The notes beneath the pieces are model-generated. The model was not told the origin of the DNA. It saw only the letters and a list, made by a program, of their open reading frames with translations, and did not search any database. A program made the position numbers and the translations under genes. Positions 24,968-49,067 of a stretch of 64,000 nucleotides of DNA are shown here, piece by piece (the first letter of the stretch is position 1; each line of letters opens with the position of its first letter). Source of the stretch: Raillietiella orientalis (lineage: Eukaryota); contig JAYWIR010000002.1 in the NCBI GenBank assembly GCA_036172245.1, positions 2,728,001 to 2,792,000 of the forward strand, given 5' to 3'.

Positions 24968-27900
24968 TGTGATAGCATTCCGAAGTTATGACCTGTAAAA
25001 GTGAATATACCTTATCCATGAATGTTATGCATAAAGTGATCATAAACTACTCTATCGAGGCATTACGAACACCTTGGCACATGCGCATTTTTTCTGAGCA
25101 GCAAGCATAGACGAAAAAAAGATTTAACATAGTAAGTAGGATGTAAAAATCTTTATACATTCACGTTTTCTAAAGATGAAAATCAAACTTATTCATAAAA
25201 CTTAATGGTTCGCAAGTCTGCTGTTGTGCTTTTAAGGTAGTAGCTTCAAATCACAAATGTTTCCATAATTACTTTTGTAAGTGCATTCTCAAAACCAATG
25301 CTTGAACATTTTATCCATTCATTACGACCCTCTAAAACATAGACATTTATTACAAATATCTATGTTTACATCTATTACAAATGTTAAACCTCGCAAGTTC
25401 ATTCTCAGAATATGTGAATTACATTGTTGCAAATTGCTTCATGTGCAATGGCTGACAGATACACAGGTCAACTGCTAAAGTATCACACATCAAGTTTTTT
25501 TAAACACCATCTTTGAAGGAAAAAGTTTTCTATAAGGTTGTACAGTTGATGTGCAGTGGTTGTAACTTGTAATGGCCTGAAGTGAAAAATAACAGATAAT
25601 TGAACAGATAATAATGAAATTTAAACCTTTATGTTTTTTATGATCAGGCTTCCCAAGATAAGAAATAATATATTTGTTTCATTATGTAATAGTAGTTCAT
25701 TTTGAATTCATCCATTATGGTTTCGTTATTCCACTTTTGTGTTGTTTGTATAGGTTTTTCTTGATACATAAACTTTGTTTTACTTTTTATATTTAAAAAT
25801 ATTTGCAGTAAGTTACTTTGAGAATATTATGTTCGCATGTAAATTGTTCATTGCCATTATTTCCATTTAAACCAGGCATCCCATGTTTTGGGAATGCCCA
25901 CTTCTCCGGAGCAACGTTGCTGTCGAATATGATCACATCTGTTAATATCTTTCTCTCATTTCATGAATCGTTTTGCAATGTTCGTTGCTGTTCCTCATTT
26001 TCCTATTAAAAGTCTTTTTTGTCTTATAAATGCCACTAAGACGAAAAGGTTACGTACATCCGTGCTGGTGGATTGTATCCTGGAACACAGTCGTCGTCCT
26101 GAAACTGCTCTCTTATGATGTCACTGGTCTTCCTTGGAGAATTTATTCCATTACAGTTCCTAACATCTTTTCGGCCATCTTCTAAAATCATGCAGATGTG
26201 TAGTTCTGTTTCTGGTTCACAGCACGCAGCACAGTGCTCTTCTCCTGGATTTTGTATCAAATTTCTCAATTTGACTACAAACTACAGATCCGCCTGATAA
26301 AAGAGTATCAAATTGCCCTGTGCTCATGTGACAGTTTTGACCTCTACAATGTGGAAGGCCTGTTCCCCGAGGTACCAGGTGTTGCGCTGGTGGTTTGTTT
26401 TTTCTCTCTACAACGTAGTTGCATGCAAGATTAAACACATCACGAAACACTCAACTGTCTCAAAAAGAACAACTTTTTCCCTCTTGTTTGTTCATCTCGA
26501 AACATGCAATACGATACTTAGGGAAGGTGTCCATGACATGCCTGTCAAGACACACAATTTCCAGGAAGTACCATGTTATCAAATATTTTATTAAACTAAC
26601 TTCATCTATTTTTAATAGATTTAAAATTCATCTAATAAACATCAATTTGTCAATCAAATTACATACTAAACACTGACACCACCACACTCCATAAGCCATT
26701 ACAGAACAATCATCCATATGTATTACAATCTTTCCTTAATCAACAAATATTTCAGCTTCATTCATGTCACTGCTTAGGAACTTTCAAATTCTCTCACGTT
26801 TACAAGATTTTGCAAGTACACTTCAAAAGTGAGACTGCACTGAAAATGAGCAACACTTTTGACGTAAGTCAAGCACAAATCGATTCGTTTTAATTTTAAT
26901 ACACCAGAGTATCAGTGTGTATTGGTGTACAATTGGAATACAGCTACTAAATGCTTGGCGATCAGACATTTGGAATTATGGAATGGGATCAGTCTAATTC
27001 TAGAAAAAGAAAAAATGTTTTAGAAACAAATTAACTGGAAAAAAATTCTATTGAAGATGAAAAACAGTAAATTAAAACCGATGGACTTGCTATCTATTAA
27101 AAAAAAACTGGTGCTTTCTACTTTGATGAGTTATAAGTAGAAAAAAAAAAAAAAGTCCTTGGTTCCATAACTGTTTCGATGGGATAATTAATAGGAAAGC
27201 GGACTTTATTCAGCACTGCTAGTGTCTGTATGTCAGTCGAATAATCTGTGTAGGAAACACCCAACTGCAAAGAATACGCAATGCTCATTCACGACTTCCA
27301 CATTCTTCAACCTACAATACATATGATTCAGGAGTCCCATGGGCATGAACGTCTGCAACATCCTTAATTCCATCTCTCGGAACTTGCGATAAAAAACTGA
27401 TAAGATTAAAAAAAAACGTTTGCGTTTTCTGATGTTCACCAATGATTGGTAATTTTTATTAGGATGTTGAAACACGATTGCCACCGGACGTTGAAATGGA
27501 AATGTTTTTCCGCATTCCACGCAAGTATCATTCGTATTCCCTTTTTGCAGCACCTGACCAGCAATTTCTTCCTTTTCTATAATTTTCTTTGAAATTACGT
27601 TAGCTCATGACGATAAACACAACCACCATGAATTTCACTAAAGGTATGCTTCATTTATGTATGTTGCAACGTATCCTGTTTCCATATAAGATGCGCTCCT
27701 GTCTTTCAAATGATTGCAAGAATCCAGATTTATAGGTACCTTAGGATTCATCACTAACTACCAACGCTTTCACCTTCGCAGTGACATTTCTCTGCATCAG
27801 GCAAAGTGACGTTCACAGGAGCATCAAGAGCAATTTATCAATAACATGCTTTCAGTGTCACTGCTGTCAGAGTAAGGCTGTAACAAAACTTTCGTTTCCA

Positions 27901-28037
27901 TATAACACTTTACAGTACCTATGCGGGATTTTTAAGGGGATGATGTAGGAATAATCCTCACATAGGACAAACAAATCTCAAAAATAAAAATCAGAACAAG
28001 AGTATCATATAAGAGCGGACCACAAAACTTTGTTAAA

Positions 28038-39965
<11,928 letters not shown>

Positions 39966-40523
39966 ATCAATGTTCACAATTCTTTTTGAACGTAAATGAA
40001 TCTTTAAACGTATTGTGGGAAACTGCAAATGTGCACTTGCATGTCGAGTTGGGCAAGAGTTCTTAACAAATCCTGCAAAAGTTTCGTAAGTTTGGAATTT
40101 CAATCATGCTGCAATAACATGAAGAATTCAGACATTAGGTCACTCAGCATATATTTAGGATGGTTTCCTGAATTCATCCCACTAGCTTAAAGAAAAGAAA
40201 CACCAGAATGCACCTTTCAACGTCAAAAGAAACAAACAAAAAAATCATCACACAAAACGACTGAAAGCTATAAATAACTACCAGAAAAATACTTTCAACC
40301 TTGACTGAACCTACACAAAGGGTTGGACAGCCCAAGTCATGAGGGCGAAATCTTTAAGCAAGGAGATCCAAAGTGTTCCCATTAATTATCCCCATAACAC
40401 TACATCTTTTTAACGTCTTCGAATCGTTCGCTGGAATGATTCCTTAATACTAGTGAATCTGCATACAGAGCATTATACACAAAAGGCACAAATCAAGTCA
40501 AAATAATACAACACGACAATCGA

Positions 40524-42540
40524 TTTTTTTTTTTCTTTTCTGGCAGCACGTAGGGACGTCAGTTTCCCTCGATTGAGTGTTATGACATCACGCAGACGCA
40601 CCCACGTGCTCCTGGTGGCAGGACCGAGCGCAAACTGCACGGCTGCGCACGCGCAGTACCGCAGCTTTGCGCAAGCACCACATCGTAGCCGAGGAAGGCG
40701 GCTTCTCCCGCAACTTTGTTAATGCCCTCCTGGACTTCGCAGGTGCATTGCAGGAGTTTTTCCTGCTCCTCTCCCCTTGTTGTAGGACGGACCTCCTCGT
40801 TCAGCTGCGCCGCGTCCTCGATAATCTGCAGTTACCAGTGGGTTACCAGTGGGCTCGACTGGCTCCATTCTTTCGACCTTGGCAGTTTCCGCCGGTTTTT
40901 CGGAGGCCTGTTTCTCCTGAGCAGGCATCCTACTCTTTCCCTGCTTCTTCCTGGTTCTGGGTAGGAGAAGGGAGGAAAGGAATCACATTACGCCGCAAAG
41001 GGTCCTCTGCATCCGAGTGTGAATGCGGACAAGTGCCGGTCGAATAGTCCTTAGCCGGGGCCATCGGAAAGCTTTCTCCATGGCGATGGCTGCTCCGTGA
41101 ATGGCATTCCGGCTGTTCCGGTCTCTCCTCGACGCAATCCATTTGTCCAGGATTCCGCCAATCTAAGGGGATGGTGCTATGCTGCCAATGAGCTGGGAGC
41201 CACTTCACCTCCTCCGGAGGTATGGTGAGCAGCTCGCCCCAGCGCACAAGTCCTTTAGACCGGACACTCGGGGTTGAAGCGTCTGCTAGTTCCCGAGTTG
41301 TCCACGCCTTAAGGAGTTTTTTCCTGCCTCCGATGAGGCAAGACACTTCCCACGATGCCTCTTCCTGGCTGTCCCTAGCATTCGCTTCTCGGCCTTTTGG
41401 CTAAGATCAAAGTGTAGCGTTCCGCAGGCAGAGCAGCACAGGGGCAAGGGGGATGAAGAAAGCTTACAAAAGTTTCCGTGAGTTGGAAACGATCTCCTGC
41501 AGGGGCTGTCCAGCGTACCTGCCTCTACGGAAGTAGAAGTTCACATTGCTGGAGCCGTTGACCTTAGCCCATGCGCACAACTCTTTAAGACGGACGCGGG
41601 ACCTCCGAGAGCCTCACAAGGCTGTTCTTAGAAGGTCCTTTGTCCTCTTTTTGATTTGGAGTGGGGCGGGGCAAACAAATTAGGGGGCGAAGGAGGTGGC
41701 CGCGAACGCGTTCCACAACGCGACCCGTTCCTGCAAGTAAAAGCTGCCGTTCCGGAACAGGCCGATCGCTAACTCCACCTTTTGGAGACGGTCAGGTTTC
41801 TTCAGCGCAGAAGTTCCCCAATGGAACGCCCAGGTACTTAAAGTACCCGTCCGTGGGGATCTTTAAGCAGATCCAGTCCGGCCGCCCAGCCCACGTTGAT
41901 CCAATGGTTATCATCGACGACTTCGCCCTGTTCACCTCCAGGCTTGTCCCACGTCTGAGGAACTCGAAGAACTCCTCGAGAGCAGAAGCTGGGTTGGACC
42001 CAGGAAGCAGCAACACAAGATCGTCTGCATAGGCCCACACGGCTGGCGTTCCAGGACACGAGCTCGGCAGGATTGCCAAAGTCTCCCTGTATGCTCTTAG
42101 CACCAACTCAAAATAGATGCTATAGAGCAGGGGCCTGAGGCTGTCACCCTGTCTTATGTCGCGTCGAACCGGCACGCCTGACACGTGCCGACCTCTGAAA
42201 AAAATGTTGATATAAGCGAAGCGCTAGCAGGAGCGCAGATAATCCAGGAACACGGTCGGGAATCCCATGCGTTCTAGGAGCTCCAGAAGCAGTGCCTGGT
42301 CCCCACCCTCGAAGGCTTCACTCAAATCGACCGCGACTGCAAGGGCCCCTGACGCGTGCGTTCCTTCTCAGATTTCCCCTCCTTGGTCAGAGGATAATGC
42401 AGGATTCTCTTGACACAACTGCGCCTCGCTGTTCTTGGCGAGCGGGTACGGACCACATAAATACAAGCATCGGTATGCGGAGGTGCTCCACGGGGCACTC
42501 CGTCAAAGGATCCCACCGAATGGCATCGTCATCGCCGTAG
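40524..42540 (-). mobile_element. Decayed, 5'-truncated non-LTR retrotransposon (L1/Tx1-like) with poly(A) tail
   Basis: Minus-strand RT motifs: VDLSEAF (~42330), RDIRQGDSLRPLLY, WAYADDL, VNRAKS, FKYLGVPLG (41792-42184), interrupted by stops. Remnant Cys/His motif TCPHSHSDAED near 41000-41040. T-tract at 40524-40539 corresponds to the 3' A-tail. Sharp rise in GC and CpG relative to the flanking KRI1 region. Confidence 0.85.
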
Positions 42541-42559
42541 ATCGAGCATCCTGGATGAA

Positions 42560-44860
42560 ATCAACCATTCCCAGGACGCCAGAGGAAAGACAACGTATCA
42601 GGAGCTCTCCGACGAGTTCGGACTGCCAGTCACAAGCTGATCAACCACGTCCTCTACAGCTCTGAGATAGGGAATCGCATCCACGGTTATCATGACATGC
42701 AGACTCTGCTGTCGTATCATCCGCTGGTGCGATTCTCCCTAAGGACGGAGAATCCTCGGCTGAAGAAAGCCACCATGGTGGCGCTCATCTGCATACCCAC
42801 CTGGTTGGAGACGCTTCTCTGTCACCAGGATCTCATTGGGAAGAATCTGTGGGACACCACCATCCGCAGAGTCGCCGACTGGGACTTCCTGAAGTCCATC
42901 TGTTCGGCTACATGCGGTTCAGGGACAGGTGACTGAAGCAGGAAGCGTACCGAGAGCAGAACATCCAAGATCGCTCCCTCTTGAAGTACTGGGAACAGTA
43001 CGAGAGCCAGTACGTTTTTCAAAATGTGAAAGGGGAAGTCGGCGTGCTAGAGAAGAGCAATCTGGCGACAGACATCTCTGCATCTAGAACGACGACCAAA
43101 GCCGGCACACGTTGGAAGACATCGTGGATGCCTTTTAAAGGCACTACACCGACCATTTCCGACGACGAAAGCCGTGCCCGACAAAGCAAGAAATCAACCT
43201 GCATCATCCTGCATTTTCTGAATAGGAGAATCAACGAATGCCAACGGAAGAAACTCGAAGAGGAAATCTCCATGGAAGAGGTGGAGGCTGCGTTTGCGGA
43301 GCTACGCAAGGATATGATTGCAGGCCCTGATCGCACACGACCAGCGGTACCTGAGCGCCTACCTGCGTCTGTTCCACCAGCTGACACTCTGCATCCGTGA
43401 AGAAGGAAGACTGCCAGCATCCTTCTACGAGAGTAGCATGAGATTGCTGCCGAAAGGAGATGACCTCACCAAGGTTACCCAATGGAGGCCAATCTCCATC
43501 CTTAACTCTGATGCCAAGTGGTTGGCGAAGATCTGGGCCAACTGCTCAGGAGCGGCCATGCCGAAGCTGATCTCTGCGGTCCAGACGTGTGCGGTGCCCA
43601 GACGCCACATGTCGGACAACGTCAAGTGTGCCCAGGCTACCATAGAACTCAGCCGATACGTTGGCGGGAACTTTGTACTGGGTTTCACCGACATTGACGA
43701 AGCTTTCGATGCAATCGACCACGAGATGCTGCTGAAGATCCTAGGAACACTTCAGCAACTTCGTGAAGACGGTACTCCAAGAGCAGCACTTCTGCATCAA
43801 GATCAACGGCCCGGAGACCGCAACCATCCAGATGGAGAGAGGAGTCCGTCAGGGCGACGGTCTCAGTCCGATGCTGTTTGTCATATACATGGAGGCACTC
43901 GTTCATCGAAAGAATTGGACGCCTCCTAGGAGTCACCATCGCAGACCAGCGACTCACCCAGATGGCCTACGCGGACCATCTCTTTTTCCTTAAGGGGGAG
44001 AGAGACCAGGGAGAGTTCTTGCATGTGTTGGAGTTCGTGAAGGAAGGACTTAGCCTAAAAACCAATGCTTAAAAGAGCCATCTAGTGCCCGTCGGAATTC
44101 TGGAAGTCTCCACACTCACAAAGAAAGGTTTTCGCACGGTGGACAAAGTTAAGTATCTGGGAGTCCACGTCGACCCGACATGGAAAAGAAAGCAGGCACT
44201 GGTGTGAAAGCACCAACTCAAGATCGTGCCTATTAGCAAGAAACTCAGACAGGAGGAATCCATCCTGGTGATCCCCTCGATGTTCCTGATCCCCAGCGAC
44301 ACGCGGAGTTGGATCTACCAGCGGTCCAGTTACCTCGCGAAGAGTCGAGCAATGGAAACGAGGTGACTTCTTTCACCACTCCCGAGTACTAAGGTATATG
44401 GAGATGATGAGGGGAAGGTTCACCCTTAGGACGCGCGAAGTGTGGAGAAAGTCCTGGCCGGTATGTTCCAGGAAAACGGAAGTCTGCCCCGCTACAACCC
44501 GATGGTGAGGTCGACCATTGCCCTGTTCATCGCCGCCATCCTCATACGATGGTGGAAGATGAGGACCGTCAGTGCAGCTGTATCTCCCTTGGAAATCCTA
44601 AAAGAGATTATCCAAAGGGAGATTGGCATCCGGAACTGTGGGCGAGCTCAGGCCTGGACATACCGTTACATCCTGAAAAGGATGGAGGACACCCTCCAGG
44701 CATACCCAACGCCCAGTGCCCCCTAGTGCGGCGCCCAAGTGCAATGCCCAAAAACATTGAGACAAGCAAACTGTAAATCTGTGTCCTCTTTTGTGTGAAT
44801 GTGTATGTAGTTGAATGAAAATGTGTATATGTGAATGAAAAATAAATTTATCCACTTCTC
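42560..44860 (+). mobile_element. Decayed non-LTR retrotransposon (L1/Tx1-like): end of APE endonuclease, RT, 3' UTR
   Basis: APE C-terminal remnant LINHVLYS...LSYHPLV (about 42636-42730) and linker WDFLK. RT region: ISMEEVEAAF, PASFYESSMRLLPKG..QWRPISILNSDAKWLAKI, QTCAVPRR, DIDEAFDAIDH, GVRQGDGLSPMLF, MAYADHL, VKYLGV (~44150). Several frameshifts and stops. TG-rich 3' UTR with AATAAA at 44841-44846. Confidence 0.9.
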
Positions 44861-47800
44861 GAAGGGAATGGGAAAATCACAAACTGAGCAGTTATTCGCT
44901 TCTACTTAACTATTCAGCAAAATACAAAACAGGAAAATATAAACCAAACTGATATAATGGATTGGAACATCATGTTTAAATTTTTAAAAATTAATAATAT
45001 GACTCCTATAGTATCCTTTTAAACAGGTATCTTCGGCATATATCAGCTTTTGAATCTCCAATTACAGTACAAGCGTTCAAAACTATAATTAAATGAAGAT
45101 TAGTTGGCCTTTATGCTAGAATTTCCATTAAAAGAAACACAAGGTTCGTTTGCACTTACTTTTCGGATTTCGAAATTTCATTTCTTTAGTCTAATTTATT
45201 TTATTTCATCGGTACTCTTTTCTGTTCATAGCATATTAATTACAAACATATATGGGAAACAAAGTTTCCTTGCAAACAATTGAAATAATAACTATTACTT
45301 CTTTTTTTTTACCAGACAAAGCTTAGTCATTCTCTCATAAAAGAAGGAAGGCACTTTCTGTACTCACGTGTTGGATTTGATTCTAGGTACGACTCCATTC
45401 GTTTCTAATCTGCTTCTTTTCAAACGCTTTAATGCTGACTGTCTCATCTGCTGATTATGTCAAATAAAATATCTGTTGTGAGCACAGAGCTGGTCTTCAG
45501 AAAACAACGCATTTTATCCACAGAGAAGTGAACGATATACACCAAGTAATGAGGACATAATACAAAGACAGTATTTTGAAAGCTTTGCAGGTTCCGTAAA
45601 GTGCAATCGCATCTGCAGATGCACGTTTCGACATTTGTTCGATCCAATTATAAATTTATTTCAACTTGGTTTGAGAGTATGAGATCTATACGTGAGCGAA
45701 AGATTTTCCGGACATCTGGAAAGGATTCCAAAAATCTCAATGTCTCTGCCAAAAGCTAGGAGCTCAGTTTTTCACCTATAAACATTATGAACCTTTTTCT
45801 AGGGGATGCCATGTCTTTGTGTCAGTCAATACTTTGAGAATCTGATGGAAATGAATATTTTTGAAGTTTGCGTCCTTGTTTTTGAAGAAGATAGGAGTTG
45901 GAAAATAAGAGAGCTGGTGTCTTTCCAGGCACTTCTTGAAAATGGAATTTCTAGGCAAGTGAAAGAGAAAGTGAAAGAGTAGTAAGTGTTTTTCGAAACT
46001 TAATGGGTGCACTTGATTGCTGCTGAAGAATTCCTACCATGATGAAGTGACTTGTGAAAACAGTCGAAGAAGGTTTCCATATTGCTTCATGTGTTATTGA
46101 TTCTTTTTTCGAACACAGGTTTTTAAGTACCACTTGAAGTAACGAACAGAAAAAGGTTTTCACCACGAGGATTTTGATTTTCGAAGTCTTCAGATTAAGT
46201 AGTTATCGTAAATGATAGGGTTAAGGATTACAGATCAGAAATGATGAAACCCTTTTCCATCTAGAGGAAACAACGCAAGTGAAGACCAAATGCTGTTCAT
46301 CTAATGGACTCACATGCAGATTGAAATGCGTTTTGAAGAAAAAAAATTTTCATACCTTTTTAAGAAACATGGATTTTGAGTCGATTGAGCAAGAATCCAA
46401 ATACATAAACCAATACGCTCATGTGGATGAGTATGTGCGGTGCTACTATGTGTGGGTGTTAGCAGCAGCATCCTCGCGAAACGCTCCTTGGACGCTGGCA
46501 ATCCCCAAGACAAGGACTGAAAGGTGGAAAGATAGTTACTGATAGGAATCGGCAACTGGAGGTGTGTGCATACTTTTCAGATACAAATGAAGCCAAATAA
46601 TTAGAACTAAACAAACAAGGATGAGATGACTCGCATGACTGTAAATACGAAATCATTTGGTTCTCACTAGGTATTGAGGAACACTAAGATTTAGTTTCTA
46701 ATTCGCTACAAATGATAGGTAATGAACCGGTAATTTGAAAACTGAGTAACAATTAGGAATGTGTTTCTGCATGATTTCGTATCTAAAACAAAATGCATTC
46801 TTGTTATCTCACATCATAATCAAGATCACTATAACAAGAATCTAAGGTAAATGCAAAAACAGGAGGAACATTCTGGAACATTCCTGAAAGTCGAGAATAT
46901 TGGCAAATTGGAATGCGAAAACTTTGAGCATTCTGATAGGGAGAGAATGCAATCATGAGATGGAACATCCTGATTTCATTTTGGGTCATATGAAATGAGA
47001 AACGAGAGAAAGTGACTGAAGGATTCTCGGGAACTCCTGTTCCCCTGTCTATACTTACAATTCAGTAGGTCGAGTAAATCAGTAGGAAATACAAAAATAT
47101 CGTTTCAAATGAATCCCAATTTCGAGAGTGTGCAGCTGTGATTCGACTCCCATGCTCTACTTGGGAAAGTAATCTGAGACACAGAATTCCTGTACAAATA
47201 CATTTTCCATGTGAAGTGAGAATCCTGCAGCATTTAGAGTGAACTCATGTGGGCGCTTTTTGAGGAAAAAAATTGCTTCGCTGCACTAACATGAAATTGA
47301 AAGAAATGTACCCTTCTCTGCATTACACAGAATTAAACACTGTTCTGATTTGAGGTTAGGAGAAAGAATAATTATTTCAAAGTAGTTATGGTATCTTTAA
47401 TTGTTGGTGTCATAGAAACTTCACAAAAATACTTTTGGAATTTTTAAGGTAGTTCTCACAAAATTCAAAAGAAAATATTTCCTTAAACCACATAGCACAT
47501 AAAGTTTTCGAAAAATTTCTGTAGAATGTGTACAACAAATCAAATACTTTGGACCTTTTTTACCAAAACAATGGAAAGCTGAGTTTCTTTATTTTACAAG
47601 TAAGTCTTTTCAGAATTTCGAATATTTAACAGGGAGTTATAATTTCAACGACTGTCATTATGTAATATACGAAGAAATGGTTTTGGTTATATTTTGTGGC
47701 TGACTAACACATTTCTGTACGTAAGTTATAACTGCTTATTGCAAGACTCTAATCTTATAACTGCCTAATCAAGCGCATATTGGAATAATGTATTATTTCA

Positions 47801-48463
47801 TGCTCAGTTTATCATGAATAAATTAGAGAAAGACTAATGTCTAAAACATGAGTGGTCCCTAAATCCTCTACAAGGTTGAATTCAAGAGGCAACTAGATTG
47901 TTTCTAATTCTGATATGCGAGTAAGTAATAGAAAGTGCAAGTGACCTCCAGCAAAAGGACACAGAAATCAGAACGCATAAAGCATGCAAGGAATAAACAT
48001 AATTTCTTGAAATCGATTCACATGGTGACTTGCGAAATGACCACGATAAATAACCACGTTTTAAGTGAATTTGCACTTATGGTGTTCAAGTTAAAAATCT
48101 TTTCAAAACATTAGAAGGAAAGGCCAGTAATTGGCAAAAGAATGTACAGAGAATTTCAACATTTGCAAGAATCTATTTGGACGAAGAATTTTCAGAATGA
48201 CTTTCAAAGCAGTGATAGAGCATGTCTTTTAGCTTCTACTTTATCATTCACCTATAAATGAGTCACCTACGTCCAAATGAAAACAGGAGGTCTTGCTTGC
48301 TTGAAAATCATTAGACATAACAGGAGCCTTTGTGCTTACTTACTTTGGTAGAGGAGAAAGGCGTGGAAGAGGAGGAAAAATTCCCAAGATATGAGTTTTG
48401 AGTTCCTGTAGGAAGCAAAATTAAAAAATTGGAGAAGCACGATGACTTCGAAATGAAATGAAA

Positions 48464-48482
48464 ACACACACACACACACACA
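48464..48482 (+). repeat. (AC)9 microsatellite
   Basis: Direct read of the sequence. Confidence 0.85.
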
Positions 48483-49067
48483 TGCGCAAAGTTCACCCTT
48501 CAGTTGATATATAATTCTTTTTAAAGAATCGAGAAAAACATTGTGTGATCTTTAGCCAATCTGAACATGCTTATTCCTATCTTCGAGGACAAACAGGGGA
48601 AACTGCAAGAAACTTACCCAGGATTAAAGATAGCCTCAATTGTAATAGCTTACATGTAAGAATAAACTGCTTGGTAGGCTAGAATTAACTTGAAATCATT
48701 TTATTTCTAGAAACACCAAACATCGAATCTATAGTTAAAGTGTATATGATTGAATTAAGTATCGAATCTGTAATTATGTCTAGTATCGAATCTATTTGAA
48801 GTTGCAATATTTGTAGTTACGTGCGAAACCAGGTCTCCACGGTTTCATTTTTCGTACAAGAATACTTCGAAGAGCTCATTCATCCATAAATGATATCATC
48901 AACCACTTACAGTGGAAACGAAATTTAATAATACTTCTCACATTTTAGTGTTATATGGAGGGAGACTTCCTTCTTTTAACTTAACATGCGATTTATCGAG
49001 TCAACCTGATGAAAGAAGACGAATAGACTTGCACATTAAAAAGCCTAAAGGAAGTAAATGCTCAAAA

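Noticed and set aside
27233..27553. CVECGKTF, like the start of a C2H2 zinc finger
   Set aside because: The HxxxH half is missing and there is no tandem finger array.
27628..27871. accaccATG..G|gtatgc start exon plus a downstream open exon on the plus strand
   Set aside because: Short, no homology, and convergent with the KRI1 3' region; cannot be distinguished from chance.
40667..41047. 126-aa plus-strand ORF
   Set aside because: Antisense to the GC-rich 3' part of the retroelement; likely a shadow ORF.
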